Of a stretch of DNA of 64,000 nt, positions 1-10,799 are shown piece by piece (the first letter of the stretch is position 1; each line of letters begins with the position of its first letter). The notes beneath the pieces were generated by a model. That model was not told the DNA's origin. It was given only the letters and a program-made list of their open reading frames with translations, and searched no databases. A program made the position numbers and the translations under genes. Source of the stretch: Candidatus Latescibacterota bacterium (GTDB taxonomy: Bacteria; Latescibacterota; UBA2968; GCA-2709665); NCBI GenBank assembly GCA_963667175.2, contig CAXXXF010000003.1:160001-224000 (forward strand), written 5' to 3'.

Positions 1-2
1 GC

Positions 3-449
3 GACAATCTGATCGCGTGCGGAACGACCCGTTCGAAGGTCCACGCCCTGAGGCTGGAAGGAGCGTTCCTGACGCCCCTCTGGACCCGCGACGTGGGCGA
101 AGAGGTGCACGCGGTCGCAGCGGTCGACATCGATGGCGACGGGAGGCCCGAGGTGGCGGCCGGGTCGGACTGTTTCTACCTCTATCTTTTCGATGAAGAC
201 GGTACGGAGCGATGGCGCCGCAATCTGCAGGCCCCCGTGAGGCGGGTGTTCGCCGCCGACGTCAACCGCGACGGCGCGCCGGAGGTCGCCGCCGGGTGTG
301 AGGACGGAAGCGTGTGGATCCTGGACGGAGATGGAAACACGCTGGCCGTCCACCGCGCGGAAGCGAAGATCCACGCCCTGACGCCTCAAGACGAAGGCCG
401 CCTCCTGCTCGGCTGTTCCGACGGGACCCTGTCACTGCTGGGGTTGTGA
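3..449 (+). CDS. C-terminal part of an FG-GAP/beta-propeller repeat protein (5' end outside the window)
   Basis: Frame is open from position 3. DIDGDGRPEV and DVNRDGAPEV repeats. Resembles the C-terminus of 11275..15147. Confidence 0.8.
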   Translation, partial: DNLIACGTTRSKVHALRLEGAFLTPLWTRDVGEEVHAVAAVDIDGDGRPEVAAGSDCFYLYLFDEDGTERWRRNLQAPVRRVFAADVNRDGAPEVAAGCEDGSVWILDGDGNTLAVHRAEAKIHALTPQDEGRLLLGCSDGTLSLLGL

Positions 450-725
450 TGTTGGGTGACAAAGGGGTTTGGTTCTGTTTACCTCAGGCTGGTGCCAAAC
501 ATTGAATCCATCCGTCGGTCAATCCAAGGGCATTTTAGGATGGCTGAATCGAGAGGTGAGATGCGGTCTAGGACCGACATTCCAGAGAGCGGTCGTTTTT
601 CGTACAAGTACCTGGCTACGGAAGAAAGAAAAAAGCAGCACGTCGAAGTGTTGGCCAATAAAACGCAATAATTCTCAATGCTAAATTTGATTTCGACTCT
701 TTTATTTGACTTATCAGGCCATACG

Positions 726-1748
726 TCATGCCTGCGATTTAGCGAATAATTCGGTCTGCTGAGTGAAGTTCGGCAGTTCAACGGAATCACCAGAGCAAAT
801 TTTCTCATAAATTGACTTCATTGTATCACAACACATTCCTTTAGGCAGAAAACGAAAAGCAGAGGCTGCCAGATAATCAATCCGCTCTTCAAAAGCTAAC
901 CATCGCCTTCGTTCGTTTTCAGCGACTGAACCAACTGTATTTGAACCTGCAAAGATGTCAATTACAAGGTCTCCTGGATCGGTCAGGTATCGAATGAAAA
1001 ATTGAGGTAGTCTTGAGGGAAACCTTGCGGGATGACCCTTGACGCCTACAGCTTTGCAGCCACCCAGATAGGGTCCGTTGGATTCGGTGTTTGGAATGTG
1101 CAGCAGATTGGATGGGATTGCTCCACCATTATTCTTGGCAAAACCGATACTTATGTCGTGTCCTGACGGACGTTTTTTAGCAGAATAAAACGCTTCGGGA
1201 TCCTTTAGTAGTTTTTTCATACGCGCACTGTATTCCGTCAGAACCTTTGATACGTCAGCTTTAGGCCATTGAGTCTTGCTAAACCACCACACAGTATTGA
1301 CAGCGTCTTTCGCCCTTATCTTTCTTTTGTTTACCCATTCAATCGGGCTGGGAAGTTTGGACGGATTGTACCAGTAAAAATCCTCAGCGAGGTGGAATCC
1401 CAAGTTGTCACAGAAGTGAATCGGAATGCGAAAATTATATAAGCTACGTGTTGGCAATCCTTTTCGGTAAGCGCCGCCCAAATCAAGTACAAAGCTCCCA
1501 TCATCACGCAACTTAAGGAACACGACTCGCGCGAATTCTGATAACCAATCGATGTATTCGTGTTGTTCCTTATTACCATATTCTTTTTGACGCTGGAGGG
1601 CGAAAGGTGGACTGGTAATTACGAGATTCACACTGTTATCAGGTAGCTGTGACAGGAGTTCCCGCGAATCTCCGCAGAATGCGGCACCCATTTCAGTGGA
1701 ATAAGTAGGGGCACGCTCAATCTTCGCCTTTTTATCCTTGTAAGGCAT
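726..1748 (-). CDS. pvuIIM: N4-cytosine DNA methyltransferase, M.PvuII-like (beta class)
   Basis: TSPPF catalytic motif, PSKLPSPIEWVNKRKIR, HPARFP and DIFAGSNT all match M.PvuII as I recall it. ATG at 1748 follows an AGGGGAG RBS. Confidence 0.92.
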   Translation of the reverse strand: MPYKDKKAKIERAPTYSTEMGAAFCGDSRELLSQLPDNSVNLVITSPPFALQRQKEYGNKEQHEYIDWLSEFARVVFLKLRDDGSFVLDLGGAYRKGLPTRSLYNFRIPIHFCDNLGFHLAEDFYWYNPSKLPSPIEWVNKRKIRAKDAVNTVWWFSKTQWPKADVSKVLTEYSARMKKLLKDPEAFYSAKKRPSGHDISIGFAKNNGGAIPSNLLHIPNTESNGPYLGGCKAVGVKGHPARFPSRLPQFFIRYLTDPGDLVIDIFAGSNTVGSVAENERRRWLAFEERIDYLAASAFRFLPKGMCCDTMKSIYEKICSGDSVELPNFTQQTELFAKSQA

Positions 1749-1798
1749 AACTGCTCCCCTGCTTTCATCGACTTCCAATGTCTAAAGGGGTTGACACG

Positions 1799-2281
1799 AT
1801 GCAGTATCATCCGGATAGAAAAATTCTGTTGAAGTTACTCCCTTACATCAGAAAATACCAAGAGCTGGCGTCGAAACACGGTATTGACGACATTTTTCAG
1901 GACAATGGGGGTAAACTACTGCAGGTTCTACTAATAACAGGATTGAGGGTCATACCAGGCAGAGAAGGGAATGATGCAAGAGACTCTGAAGGCAATGAAT
2001 TCGAGCTGAAATCTGTCAATATTCTCTTAACCAAAAGCTTCTCAACGCATCATCATCTTAATCCGAAGATCATTGCAAAGTACCGTCAAGTGGATTGGAT
2101 CTTTGCAGTCTATGAAGGCATCGAGATCCAAGCCATATATCATCTGTTGCCTCAAGACCTCGAGTTTTATTTTGTCAAATGGGAGAAGAAATGGCACGAC
2201 GACGGAGGAAGGGATATAAACAACCCGAAGATTCCGATAAAGTACGTAATTGAGCAAGGGAATTTGGTATACACGAGATAA
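1799..2281 (+). CDS. pvuIIR: Type II restriction endonuclease, R.PvuII-like (predicted site CAGCTG)
   Basis: [43 protein letters not shown] and KDINNPKIP-like motifs of R.PvuII. Divergent from the MTase. Confidence 0.92.
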   Translation: MQYHPDRKILLKLLPYIRKYQELASKHGIDDIFQDNGGKLLQVLLITGLRVIPGREGNDARDSEGNEFELKSVNILLTKSFSTHHHLNPKIIAKYRQVDWIFAVYEGIEIQAIYHLLPQDLEFYFVKWEKKWHDDGGRDINNPKIPIKYVIEQGNLVYTR

Positions 2282-2661
2282 TGGATGTCACCTATGGAAA
2301 TATACTATACATATGTTCAACTCGCAAGGGAAAAATCCCCGTTTTTCGAATAACGGGTGCATAAATCTTACAAGCGATTCAATAGGTTTCCCCAATCACT
2401 CAAAGTGGATAGAGAGACACGGATTCTGTCAGCCGAGTTACGTTTTTTTGCCGGTGTGATTGATGATCGCGAAATGGATTACCAAGATAGGGCAACAAAG
2501 ACTTCCCTCGTTGGATCCGTTCATCGAAAAACGAGAATCGCTCTATTGCAACGGAGAGGGCGAGTTGCACCTGCAAAATTGCGTTCGGTATTTAGCCAGG
2601 CAGAAGACAGGCGTCTCGACGCACCAGATGTAACCGATTTCGCCTTTCACAGGAGACTTGC

Positions 2662-3654
2662 ATGCCGGAAAAACTGTGTGTCGGAATTGTCGGATGTGGC
2701 GGGCAGACCCGCCTGAATCTCGCGCCGGGCATCGCCCGCGTCGAATCGGCGCGTCTCGTCGCGTGTGCGGACGTGGATGAGGCCAGGGCGGTCAAGCTGG
2801 CCGACGAATTCCGGATCGAGAATGTGCACGTCGATGCACGGGAGGTCACCACCGCCGCTGGCGTGGACGCGGTGATCGTGGCCGTCCCGCACCGGTTCCT
2901 CAAGGACGTGGCGCTTTCGTCGATCGCCGCCGGGAAGCACGTGTTTATCGAGAAGCCGATGGGGCTCAATGCGGCGGAGGGCGCCGAGGTGGTGGAAGCC
3001 GCTGAGAAGCGGGGCGTGGTGGCGATGGTGGGTTACTGCATGCGCTATTCGCTCAGCCGGATGTACATCAAATCCCTGCTGGACCGGGGCGCGGTGGGAG
3101 ACGTCAGCTTCGTGGCGGCCGGCAAGGGCGGCGGTCCGCTGGGCGGATGGCTCGGGGGGCCCTGGTCGGAAGGCGGCGGTCAACTCCTCTTTCTGGGCTC
3201 CCACCTCACCGACCAGGTGCTCTGGATGACGGACGACGAAGCCGAAGCCGTTTCGGGGACCGTACGATGGAACGCCGGCGGCACGGACGAGACGTCTGCC
3301 TACACCGTGCGCCTGAAAGGGGGCGCCGTGGCCACGTTCTCGGTGTCCCAGGCCTCGGGGGTCGGGTACGATTTCGTGGACATTTTTGGAACGCGGGGAC
3401 GCGTTCGGGGCGACTGGAAGGGCGACGTCGTGACCGTGGAGAGCCGGGCGATTCCCGAATACGCGCACCCCACCGTCCTGCGCATCCCGGGCGACAATCT
3501 CGAAGAAATGTGTTACCGCGAGTTGGCCGCGTTCGTAGACGCCACGCGATCGGGAGCATCTGCTCCCATCCCGGCGTCGGACGGCCTGCGCGTGCTCCGG
3601 ATCCTGGATGCGGTCGTCGCGTCGTCGAATGAGGGAAAGTGGATCGAGGTTTAG
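2662..3654 (+). CDS. Gfo/Idh/MocA family oxidoreductase
   Basis: GIVGCG Rossmann motif, GKHVFIEKP, MVGY.MRY. Confidence 0.9.
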   Translation: MPEKLCVGIVGCGGQTRLNLAPGIARVESARLVACADVDEARAVKLADEFRIENVHVDAREVTTAAGVDAVIVAVPHRFLKDVALSSIAAGKHVFIEKPMGLNAAEGAEVVEAAEKRGVVAMVGYCMRYSLSRMYIKSLLDRGAVGDVSFVAAGKGGGPLGGWLGGPWSEGGGQLLFLGSHLTDQVLWMTDDEAEAVSGTVRWNAGGTDETSAYTVRLKGGAVATFSVSQASGVGYDFVDIFGTRGRVRGDWKGDVVTVESRAIPEYAHPTVLRIPGDNLEEMCYRELAAFVDATRSGASAPIPASDGLRVLRILDAVVASSNEGKWIEV

Positions 3655-3657
3655 CAG

Positions 3658-3817
3658 CAGTCCGTTGAAAAAGTCGCTCTGCAGGCGAGGGCGAGTCATT
3701 GTGGCCGAAGACAAGGCGCGCGACCGACGCGCATCCCTGGATTCGGGGAGGGAGCGCAACGCCGTAGTTCGGTCACAAGGACCGGACGCAGACCGGATGG
3801 ACTTTTCCAACGGGCTG
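3658..3817. mobile_element. 160-bp MITE with 18-bp imperfect terminal inverted repeats (IS5-like)
   Basis: Left end CAGTCCGTTGAAAAAGTC, right end GACTTTTCCAACGGGCTG. TTAG follows the right end and lies 3 bp before the left end. A partial second copy is at 39636..39734. Confidence 0.75.
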
Positions 3818-4018
3818 TTAGGGGCGGAGACCGAAAATCGGCTCACACGGAGACACAAAGACACAAAGGGAACGAACAGTTGTCAGCCGTCAGTGATTAG
3901 CAGTCAGCTTGAAGCAAATTCGAAAGATCAGATTCAACATCCACATCTCCCCAAATTCCCTGCCTCCGGCGGGTTCCTTTTGAAGCGACCAAAAGGAACC
4001 AAAAGTCGCCGCTGGGCG

Positions 4019-4038
4019 CCTGCCTGCCGGCAGGCAGG
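4019..4038. repeat. CCTGCCTG...CAGGCAGG hairpin repeat (copy 1 of 4)
   Basis: Perfect palindrome CCTGCCTGCCGGCAGGCAGG. Related copies at 22318, 39603 and 58241. Confidence 0.85.
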
Positions 4039-4266
4039 CGGGGCCTGCTATATGCATAGCGCGAATACCCACACAGGAGGCACATGACCCTCTGGCCTGA
4101 CACCCTTGGTGCCACATCGAACCGCGTTGCTGGACGGATCAGCGCGCTCTGCTCTGAAAGTCCTCCCGTCAGGAAATGCCTTCGTAGACCGATCGGCGTC
4201 TGAACGATGAGGACAGGCGTTAGCAATCAGCTTGAAGCAAGAAAAAGGGCTTGAAAAAAGGGAAGT

Positions 4267-5502
4267 TTGGGGGTTGTGGATCATATTCCTACAATACAGG
4301 ACATACACGTGCCAGCCGTAGAGCAGAACAATTGGAGAGATCACAGCGTCATCCGACTGAACCCTGATGGGGATCGGGTCGAACTCCCTGCGGGTTCGCA
4401 GATTGTCACCGAGAGCTGGAACCGGGTGACGGCGGTGCCGCACGTCGTCTACATGCCGGAAGTGGACCGGGTGCTGATGCTGCTGAGCTGCGACTACCCC
4501 GGTAGCCCCTGGGTGCATTTCGCCATGGTGCTGTTCAGCGACGACCTTGGCGCCACCTGGAGCGATCCGGCCTACGTGCACACCGACGAAAAGGGCAACC
4601 CCGCCTGCGGGCTGGGGCACGGGCTGACCAACCTGGGGGGCGGCAGGTTGATGCTGTATTCGTGCCACCCGCCGGCGAGGTGGTTCAGCGACGATTACGG
4701 AGCGACGTGGGGGGACACCGTGCCCGTGGAGCCGGCGCCGAACGGGAGAACGTGGATGGCCTGGGACCCGGTTCTGGTGGACAGAGATCCCCAGACGGGA
4801 CGGGTAACGCGCCTGATGGAAAGCGGCTACTGGGGCGACGCCGGGACCATGGACTCGCAGGCCTACGTCAGATTCAGCGAGGACGGCGGCCGAAACTGGA
4901 CCGGTACCCGTCACGTGCCTGAGTTCGAAGGCGTCAACGAGGTCTGCCCGATTCGAGCGGAAAACGGCGATATTGTCGCAACCTGCCGGACGGACCCCCC
5001 GGAGGCGCTCAAGCCCCATCGGTTCGATCACTATGAAGGGTTCGGCGTCTCCATCTCCCGGGACAACGGCTGCACCTGGAGCGAGGTCCGGCAACTCTAC
5101 GACTGGGGGCGCCATCATGCCAGTCTGGCGCTACTGCCTTGTGGGCACATTGTCGCTACATACGTGGTTCGGTTGGGCTATCCGGACACCGTTGACGGGT
5201 TTCCGCGCTTCGGCATCGAGGCGGTTGTGAGCCGCGACAACGGACAGACGTGGGATTTGGACCGCCGCTATGTCCTTGCCGAGTGGACCGGAAACAGGAA
5301 GGGATCGCCCTCGCCCTCGCAAAAGCTGCGCTCCGGCGGCTGGCATGCAAGCCCGCACACCACGTCCACTCTGGTGCTCCCGGACGGCTCGATCCTGACC
5401 GCCTACGGGACGGGGTATCGCCAGCGGGACGATGCCTTCGGACCCGGACTGTACGGGCCGCGGGACGTCGGCCTGGTCAGATGGAATATCGAAAGAGAAT
5501 AG
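4267..5502 (+). CDS. BNR/Asp-box repeat sialidase-like glycosidase
   Basis: Asp-boxes SDDLGATW, SDDYGATW, SEDGGRNW, SRDNGCTW, SRDNGQTW. Start codon uncertain. Confidence 0.85.
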   Translation: MGVVDHIPTIQDIHVPAVEQNNWRDHSVIRLNPDGDRVELPAGSQIVTESWNRVTAVPHVVYMPEVDRVLMLLSCDYPGSPWVHFAMVLFSDDLGATWSDPAYVHTDEKGNPACGLGHGLTNLGGGRLMLYSCHPPARWFSDDYGATWGDTVPVEPAPNGRTWMAWDPVLVDRDPQTGRVTRLMESGYWGDAGTMDSQAYVRFSEDGGRNWTGTRHVPEFEGVNEVCPIRAENGDIVATCRTDPPEALKPHRFDHYEGFGVSISRDNGCTWSEVRQLYDWGRHHASLALLPCGHIVATYVVRLGYPDTVDGFPRFGIEAVVSRDNGQTWDLDRRYVLAEWTGNRKGSPSPSQKLRSGGWHASPHTTSTLVLPDGSILTAYGTGYRQRDDAFGPGLYGPRDVGLVRWNIERE

Positions 5503-5580
5503 ATTCGCCGCGCCGGCTGCATCGCCGCGTTTCTGCAACATCACTGAAAGAGCCGGTTCGGCACAGCGAAAGGGGCGGGT

Positions 5581-6351
5581 ATGATCAGCGATCAACAGGT
5601 CGAATTCTTCCGGACATTCGGCTTTCTTCCGCTGCGCGAGGCGTTCAGCGGGGAGGAGATGGCCGTCATCGGCGACACGTTCGACGACATGCTGGAAAGA
5701 GACCGGGAGGGCCGGCCTTTTCCGGGCGAGCAACGACAGGCGCTCTATGGCATCGCCGAGCGCAACCCTCTGCTGACGGAACTCGTCGAGGACGACCGCA
5801 TCTATGAAACCGTGGGGCGCCTGCTGGGTCCCGGGTTTCACTGGCTGTGTTCCGAGGGAAATCTGTACGTGGGCAAAACGGAATGGCATCCCGACGGCAG
5901 CCGGCTGAATTATCCGCCGATGAAAGTCTCTCTGTATCTGGATACCCTCACAAAGACCACGGGGTGCCTGCGGGTGATCCCCGGATCGCACCGGCTGCCG
6001 TTTCACGAGGCGCTGAGGCCCATCGAAAAGATGGGCGTGCCTGGCGCGGACGTGCCGTGCTATTTCCTGGAATCCAGTCCGGGAGACGTTCTGTTCCTGA
6101 ATATGAACATCTGGCATGCGACGTACGACGGGGCCGTGGGACGACGCCATCTGGCGCTGAATTTCGTTCCCGAGGCCACGGAAGCCGAGCACGTCGAGAT
6201 CCTGACGAGGAACCACCGGGTCCTGATTGACCTGATGGAACGGTTCCAGTACAGCCAGCCGGGCCGGGCCTTTACCGACGACTTTCTGAACAGCGAAAAG
6301 CCGCGTATCCGCCGCATGGCCGCGAAGTGGGTGGAACTCGGACTGCAATAG
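5581..6351 (+). CDS. Phytanoyl-CoA dioxygenase (PhyH) family Fe(II)/2OG dioxygenase
   Basis: QVEFFRTFGF start, WHPD, GCLRVIPGSH, distal IWHA. Confidence 0.9.
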   Translation: MISDQQVEFFRTFGFLPLREAFSGEEMAVIGDTFDDMLERDREGRPFPGEQRQALYGIAERNPLLTELVEDDRIYETVGRLLGPGFHWLCSEGNLYVGKTEWHPDGSRLNYPPMKVSLYLDTLTKTTGCLRVIPGSHRLPFHEALRPIEKMGVPGADVPCYFLESSPGDVLFLNMNIWHATYDGAVGRRHLALNFVPEATEAEHVEILTRNHRVLIDLMERFQYSQPGRAFTDDFLNSEKPRIRRMAAKWVELGLQ

Positions 6352-6370
6352 ACCTGGCGGAGGCCCTTGG

Positions 6371-7351
6371 GTGACCGGAATGCGCAAAGAAATCCTGATT
6401 TCCGAACGGGACGGTTTCGCCAGAAGAAACTTTCCCTGTACGATGAAGATGGGCTTTGAACCGGGCGAGTTCCCGGCGGACGGTCCCGCGCGAATGCTGG
6501 ACGCGGAAGGCGAATCCCGTCCCGTCCAGGTGGACGTCCTGGATTCTTGGGACGACGGCAGCATGAGGACCGCGGAGGTCTCGTTTCCGGCGCGGCTGCC
6601 TGCCGGGGGGGAGGAAGTCCTTGTGTTCGAGTTCGGAGACGGGACGCCGCCGCCCCCGCGGCAGACGAACCCGATCAAGGTCCGCGATCGCAAGGACCCG
6701 ATCGAGATTCAGCAGGGGCCCGTGATCTACCAGGTCCGGAAATGGCGTTTCAACTTCGTGGAAAACGTGATCTTCGACGGCAGGGCGTTTCACGGACCGG
6801 GCGCCCCGGGCCCCGCGCTCCTGCGCAAGGACGGCAGGATCCTGTTCCCGTCCGGCGAGGTCCGGATCGATATCCGGACGCGAGGTCCCCGCACGGCCCG
6901 CCTCCGAGTGGACGGGACCTACGGCGGCGGATATGCGTTTGTCGCGCATCTGACCTTTTATTCGGGGGTCTCCTGGTTCAGGGCGGAACACGAGATCGTA
7001 TCGGGCGATGTGTCGCAAATTGCGTCAGTCGTCGTCGAAAGTACCTTCAACCTGCCGGATGCGCCGCTTGTCTGCGCGTTCGGAGCACGCCAGCGGGTCG
7101 ATGGCGAGGGCACGAGTTGGGCCGTGGTGACAGACAATGCGGCAACCGTGGACGTCGCGGCGGTGGGCGCATGGTCCGGGAAGGACGCCGTCCGCTACGA
7201 AGTCGAAGCCAACGGGCGCTTCCGGACGCTGTTTCCATGTCTCGAGAAACCCGCGATCCTGTATATACATTACCTGACGACGCCCCCGATGGACCATCAT
7301 CACACGCCGGCGGCAGCAATGGCGACGGACCCGGAGTGCCGGGTGATGTAA
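6371..7351 (+). CDS. Hypothetical protein resembling N-terminal beta-domains of polysaccharide-lyase-type proteins
   Basis: GC-rich ORF co-oriented with its neighbours. The PVQVDVLDSWDDGSMR motif is typical of YetA/rhamnogalacturonan-lyase-like N-termini. Confidence 0.6.
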   Translation: MTGMRKEILISERDGFARRNFPCTMKMGFEPGEFPADGPARMLDAEGESRPVQVDVLDSWDDGSMRTAEVSFPARLPAGGEEVLVFEFGDGTPPPPRQTNPIKVRDRKDPIEIQQGPVIYQVRKWRFNFVENVIFDGRAFHGPGAPGPALLRKDGRILFPSGEVRIDIRTRGPRTARLRVDGTYGGGYAFVAHLTFYSGVSWFRAEHEIVSGDVSQIASVVVESTFNLPDAPLVCAFGARQRVDGEGTSWAVVTDNAATVDVAAVGAWSGKDAVRYEVEANGRFRTLFPCLEKPAILYIHYLTTPPMDHHHTPAAAMATDPECRVM

Positions 7352-7531
7352 GGCAGCTGTCAGCGGTCAGCTTTCAGCCGTCAGCTTGAAGCAAAAGACG
7401 AAGATCAACGTCCACGTCTCCCCAAATTCCCTAAAGGCGGGGAGAGGGTAGACGTAAGACGGGAGATGAGCTATCGCCCGCCGCCGGACATTGATACGGC
7501 CAGCCGAAATTTAGCCGCGATGTGCGCGAAA

Positions 7532-7655
7532 CCCTCACCCCCCGGCCCCCTCTCCCACGGGGAGAGGGGGAGCAGACAGATTGAAGCAAAACCAGGAGAC
7601 CCGGAGCAGTTCACAGTTCCCCCCCTTCCCCCCGGGAAGGGGGATAGGGGGTAGG
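7532..7655. repeat. GC-rich palindromic REP-like element (CCCCCTCTCCC..GGGAGAGGGGG / CCCCCTTCCC..GGGAAGGGGG)
   Basis: Two hairpins. A similar element is at 22305..22442 and a related one at 40998..41084. Confidence 0.7.
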
Positions 7656-7879
7656 TCGGTGGGGCGGTGAGCGGTGAGACGTTAGACGATATGAATGCCT
7701 CGTGCGGTTTCATTTTTTGCCAAAGGCATAAAGGAACATCCAGTCAGGCAATGACGTCCTCTACCCTCTACCGTCTTACGTCTTACCGATTTCAGGTTTT
7801 TCATCTACCGTCTTACGTCTCACGGGTTTTCTTGCGTGCCACAATCGCATCTGCAATTTCGTTCGAAAGGAGTTACAGG

Positions 7880-10285
7880 ATGATTGGGATTCTGGTCTTT
7901 GTAGCGGCGGTTTCGCTGCTGTTGGCGTCCTCGCGTCATGCCGCGGCCCGGCAGCCCGAGCTCGACGAGACGCCCGCGCGGCCCGGCGAGTGGGGGTTCC
8001 GCCCCGCGGACGGCAGCGTCTCCAAGGTGACGCCGCCCGGGTTTTCCTGGCGGCCGCAGAAGAATGCCGCGAGCTACGACCTTCAGTGCGCGCGGGACAG
8101 CGGCTTCGGAGACGTGGCGTATGAAGCGAGCGGCGTGACGTTCAACGTCCACTGTCCGCCACAAACTCTGCCCGCGGGCTGCTGGTTCTGGCGATTCCGC
8201 TTTCACGACGAGTCAGGTGCGGTATCGGAATGGAGCCGGGAGCGGGCGTTTACGATTGCAGCAGATGCAAACGCGCTTCCGCTGCCCTCGCGCGAGGACC
8301 TGCTGGCGCGCATTCCCGCGGGTCATCCCCGGCTGTTCGTACGGCCGGAGCAGATACCGGAACTCCGGCGGCGCGCCGAAACGGACCTGGCGGACAAATA
8401 CGAGGGACTCGTGGCGGCCTCGGAGAAGCTGCTCGAGAATCCGCCGCCCACCGAAGAGCCGCCGCTCTACCCCGAAGGCACCGTGCGCCTGAGCGAGGAG
8501 TGGCGGGCCATCTGGTGGCCGAACCGGGAGTATACGATTGCCGCTCTGAACGGCGCGGCGACCCTGGCCTTCACACGGTTGCTGGGCGGGCGCGAGGAGT
8601 ACGGGCAACTCGCCCGGGAGATCCTGATGGCCTGCGCCGAATGGGACCCGAAAGGGGCGACGGGATTCAAATATAACGACGAAGCCGGAATGCCCTACGC
8701 GTACTATTTCTCACGGACGTACAGCTACCTCAACGATCTGCTGACGGAGGACGAGAAGAAAACGTGCCGGCGGGTGATGAGGGTCCGGGGGAAGGAAATG
8801 AACGCGCATCTGAATCCGCGCTTCCTCTGGCGTCCGTACGGGAGTCACGACACCCGGTCCTGGCACTTTCTGGGGGAGGTGGGCATCGCGTTTCTGGACG
8901 AGATTCCGGAGGCGGCGGACTGGGTCTGGTTCGCCGCGAACGTGTTCGCCAACACGTACCCGGTCTGGAGCGATGACGACGGAGGCTGGCACCAGGGCAT
9001 GGGCTACTGGCGGAGTTACATTCAGCGGTTTACGTGGTGGGCGGACGTCATGCGCGAGGCCATGGGCGTCGACGCCTTCGATAAGCCCTACTTCTCAAAG
9101 GTCGGCTACTATCCGATGTACCTCCAGCCGCCGGGTACGCGGGGAGGCGGTTTCGGAGACCTGACGGCGCATCTCGTCTCCGCGCAGAACCGGGGCGTGA
9201 TGGCCCTCTTCGCGGCGATGGCGCAGAATCCCTACTGGCAGTGGTACGTCGAGGCGCACGGTGAGTTGCCTTCCGAGCCGGGTTATATCGGCTTTGTCAG
9301 GGGCGCGCTGCCCCGGGTGGCGGCGAAGCGGCCGGTCGACCTGCCCACGTCACGCGTTTTCCGGGGCACGGGCCAGGCCGTGTTCAATACCAATCTGGAG
9401 GATGCCCGCAACAACGTGGAGCTGATCTTCAAGAGCAGTCCGCTCGGGTCTCACAGCCACGGGTACGAAGCCCAGAACGCCTTCCTTCTCTATGCCTTCG
9501 GGGAACGGCTGCTGATCCGTACGGGCAGGCGGGACATCCACGGCAGCGAGCATCACAGGCGCTGGATGCACCATACGAAGTCGGTGAACTGCATCACCGT
9601 CAACGGGGACGGGCAATTGCCGAATTCCAGCGACGCCCAGGGCGAAATCCTGGAGTTCCACACGTCGGCGCATTTCGATTACGTATCGGGAGAGGCGTCC
9701 CCCGCGTACGCCGGAAAACTGGAGCGGTTCACCCGCCGCATCCTGTTCGTGAAACCGGAAGCGGTTCTCATCTTCGATACGGTGCGCGCGCCAGAGCCCG
9801 CGAGCTTCGAGTGGCGGCTGCACGCGCCCGTGGAGATGGACGTCCGGAACCAGCGGGACGTCCGGGTGGTCAACGGGGCCGCCGGTTGCCGGGTGTCGTA
9901 TCTGTGGCCGGACGCGTTGAAACTGGACCAGACCGACCGGTTCGATCCTCCGCCCCGCGCCCGTATCAAACTGGTGGAATATCACCTGACGGCGACGCCC
10001 TCCGCGCCTGCCCGCGAACGCACATTCGTGACGCTTCTCAGGCCCCACCGCTCCGCGGACGTGTTGATCGGCGAGGCGGAACTGGCGGAAATCGACGACG
10101 GGTACGCGGTCACGATACCCCTGGCAGAAGGCAGCGCGGGCGTACTTCTGCAGGCGTCCGGAGGCAGCGTCCTGGAAGGGGCGGGTCTCAGGACCGACGG
10201 CGAGGTCGGCGCGGCCACGTTCGATGATCAGGGAGAGGTCAAAGAGACGTTTGTGGCGTCAGGCACGGTAATAGAAGCTCCCTGA
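7880..10285 (+). CDS. Secreted heparinase II/III-family (DUF4962) polysaccharide lyase
   Basis: Signal peptide after ATG 7880, GHPRLFV, DGGWHQGMGYW, SHSHGYEAQNAF, HHTKSVNCITVNG. Confidence 0.85.
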   Translation: MIGILVFVAAVSLLLASSRHAAARQPELDETPARPGEWGFRPADGSVSKVTPPGFSWRPQKNAASYDLQCARDSGFGDVAYEASGVTFNVHCPPQTLPAGCWFWRFRFHDESGAVSEWSRERAFTIAADANALPLPSREDLLARIPAGHPRLFVRPEQIPELRRRAETDLADKYEGLVAASEKLLENPPPTEEPPLYPEGTVRLSEEWRAIWWPNREYTIAALNGAATLAFTRLLGGREEYGQLAREILMACAEWDPKGATGFKYNDEAGMPYAYYFSRTYSYLNDLLTEDEKKTCRRVMRVRGKEMNAHLNPRFLWRPYGSHDTRSWHFLGEVGIAFLDEIPEAADWVWFAANVFANTYPVWSDDDGGWHQGMGYWRSYIQRFTWWADVMREAMGVDAFDKPYFSKVGYYPMYLQPPGTRGGGFGDLTAHLVSAQNRGVMALFAAMAQNPYWQWYVEAHGELPSEPGYIGFVRGALPRVAAKRPVDLPTSRVFRGTGQAVFNTNLEDARNNVELIFKSSPLGSHSHGYEAQNAFLLYAFGERLLIRTGRRDIHGSEHHRRWMHHTKSVNCITVNGDGQLPNSSDAQGEILEFHTSAHFDYVSGEASPAYAGKLERFTRRILFVKPEAVLIFDTVRAPEPASFEWRLHAPVEMDVRNQRDVRVVNGAAGCRVSYLWPDALKLDQTDRFDPPPRARIKLVEYHLTATPSAPARERTFVTLLRPHRSADVLIGEAELAEIDDGYAVTIPLAEGSAGVLLQASGGSVLEGAGLRTDGEVGAATFDDQGEVKETFVASGTVIEAP

Positions 10286-10432
10286 TTACCGTCGACAAAA
10301 AGAGAAGATGCATTTGCGTTTCGGTCAATTCTGTTGGATATTGGCTTTGCGAATTTATCTTTGTCCGATCGGTGCAGGCCATCGCCGATCATTTCGTAAA
10401 CGGACGGGAGATGATTTCGGAGAGGGTATGGA

Positions 10433-10732
10433 ATGAGAATCAACCTGGAGAAGATGTCCGAACAGGAGCTCACCGATCTGAACAACCGAATTGTCGCGCG
10501 CATCAAGTTCCTTCGCGGACAACGGATACACCGGGAGATGCTGAAGTTCGGGATCGGGGAGAGAGTTGCCTTCAAACCCGAAGGCGGTCACTGGATCACA
10601 GGCGTATTGACGAAGTACAACCGGAAGACTGTCAGCGTCATCACGGATGCCGGTGAGCGTTGGAACGTAGCGCCGGGTTTCCTCCTGAGGGCTTCGGAAG
10701 TCGAAACCGGAGACGAAAATTCAGCAGTGTGA
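10433..10732 (+). CDS. Small hypothetical protein (SH3-like C-terminus)
   Basis: GGAGAGG RBS. Coiled-coil N-terminus followed by GERVAF...G..TKYNRKTVSV. Confidence 0.65.
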   Translation: MRINLEKMSEQELTDLNNRIVARIKFLRGQRIHREMLKFGIGERVAFKPEGGHWITGVLTKYNRKTVSVITDAGERWNVAPGFLLRASEVETGDENSAV

Positions 10733-10799
10733 CTGCACGATTCGAGAAAGAACACGGCAACGTTCCCAATGTCGCATTCCTTCCGTTAGCGGCAGAGCC

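Noticed and set aside
7667-7879. N-terminal extension of the 872-aa ORF
   Set aside because: Translates micro-repeats. The RBS and signal peptide point to ATG 7880.
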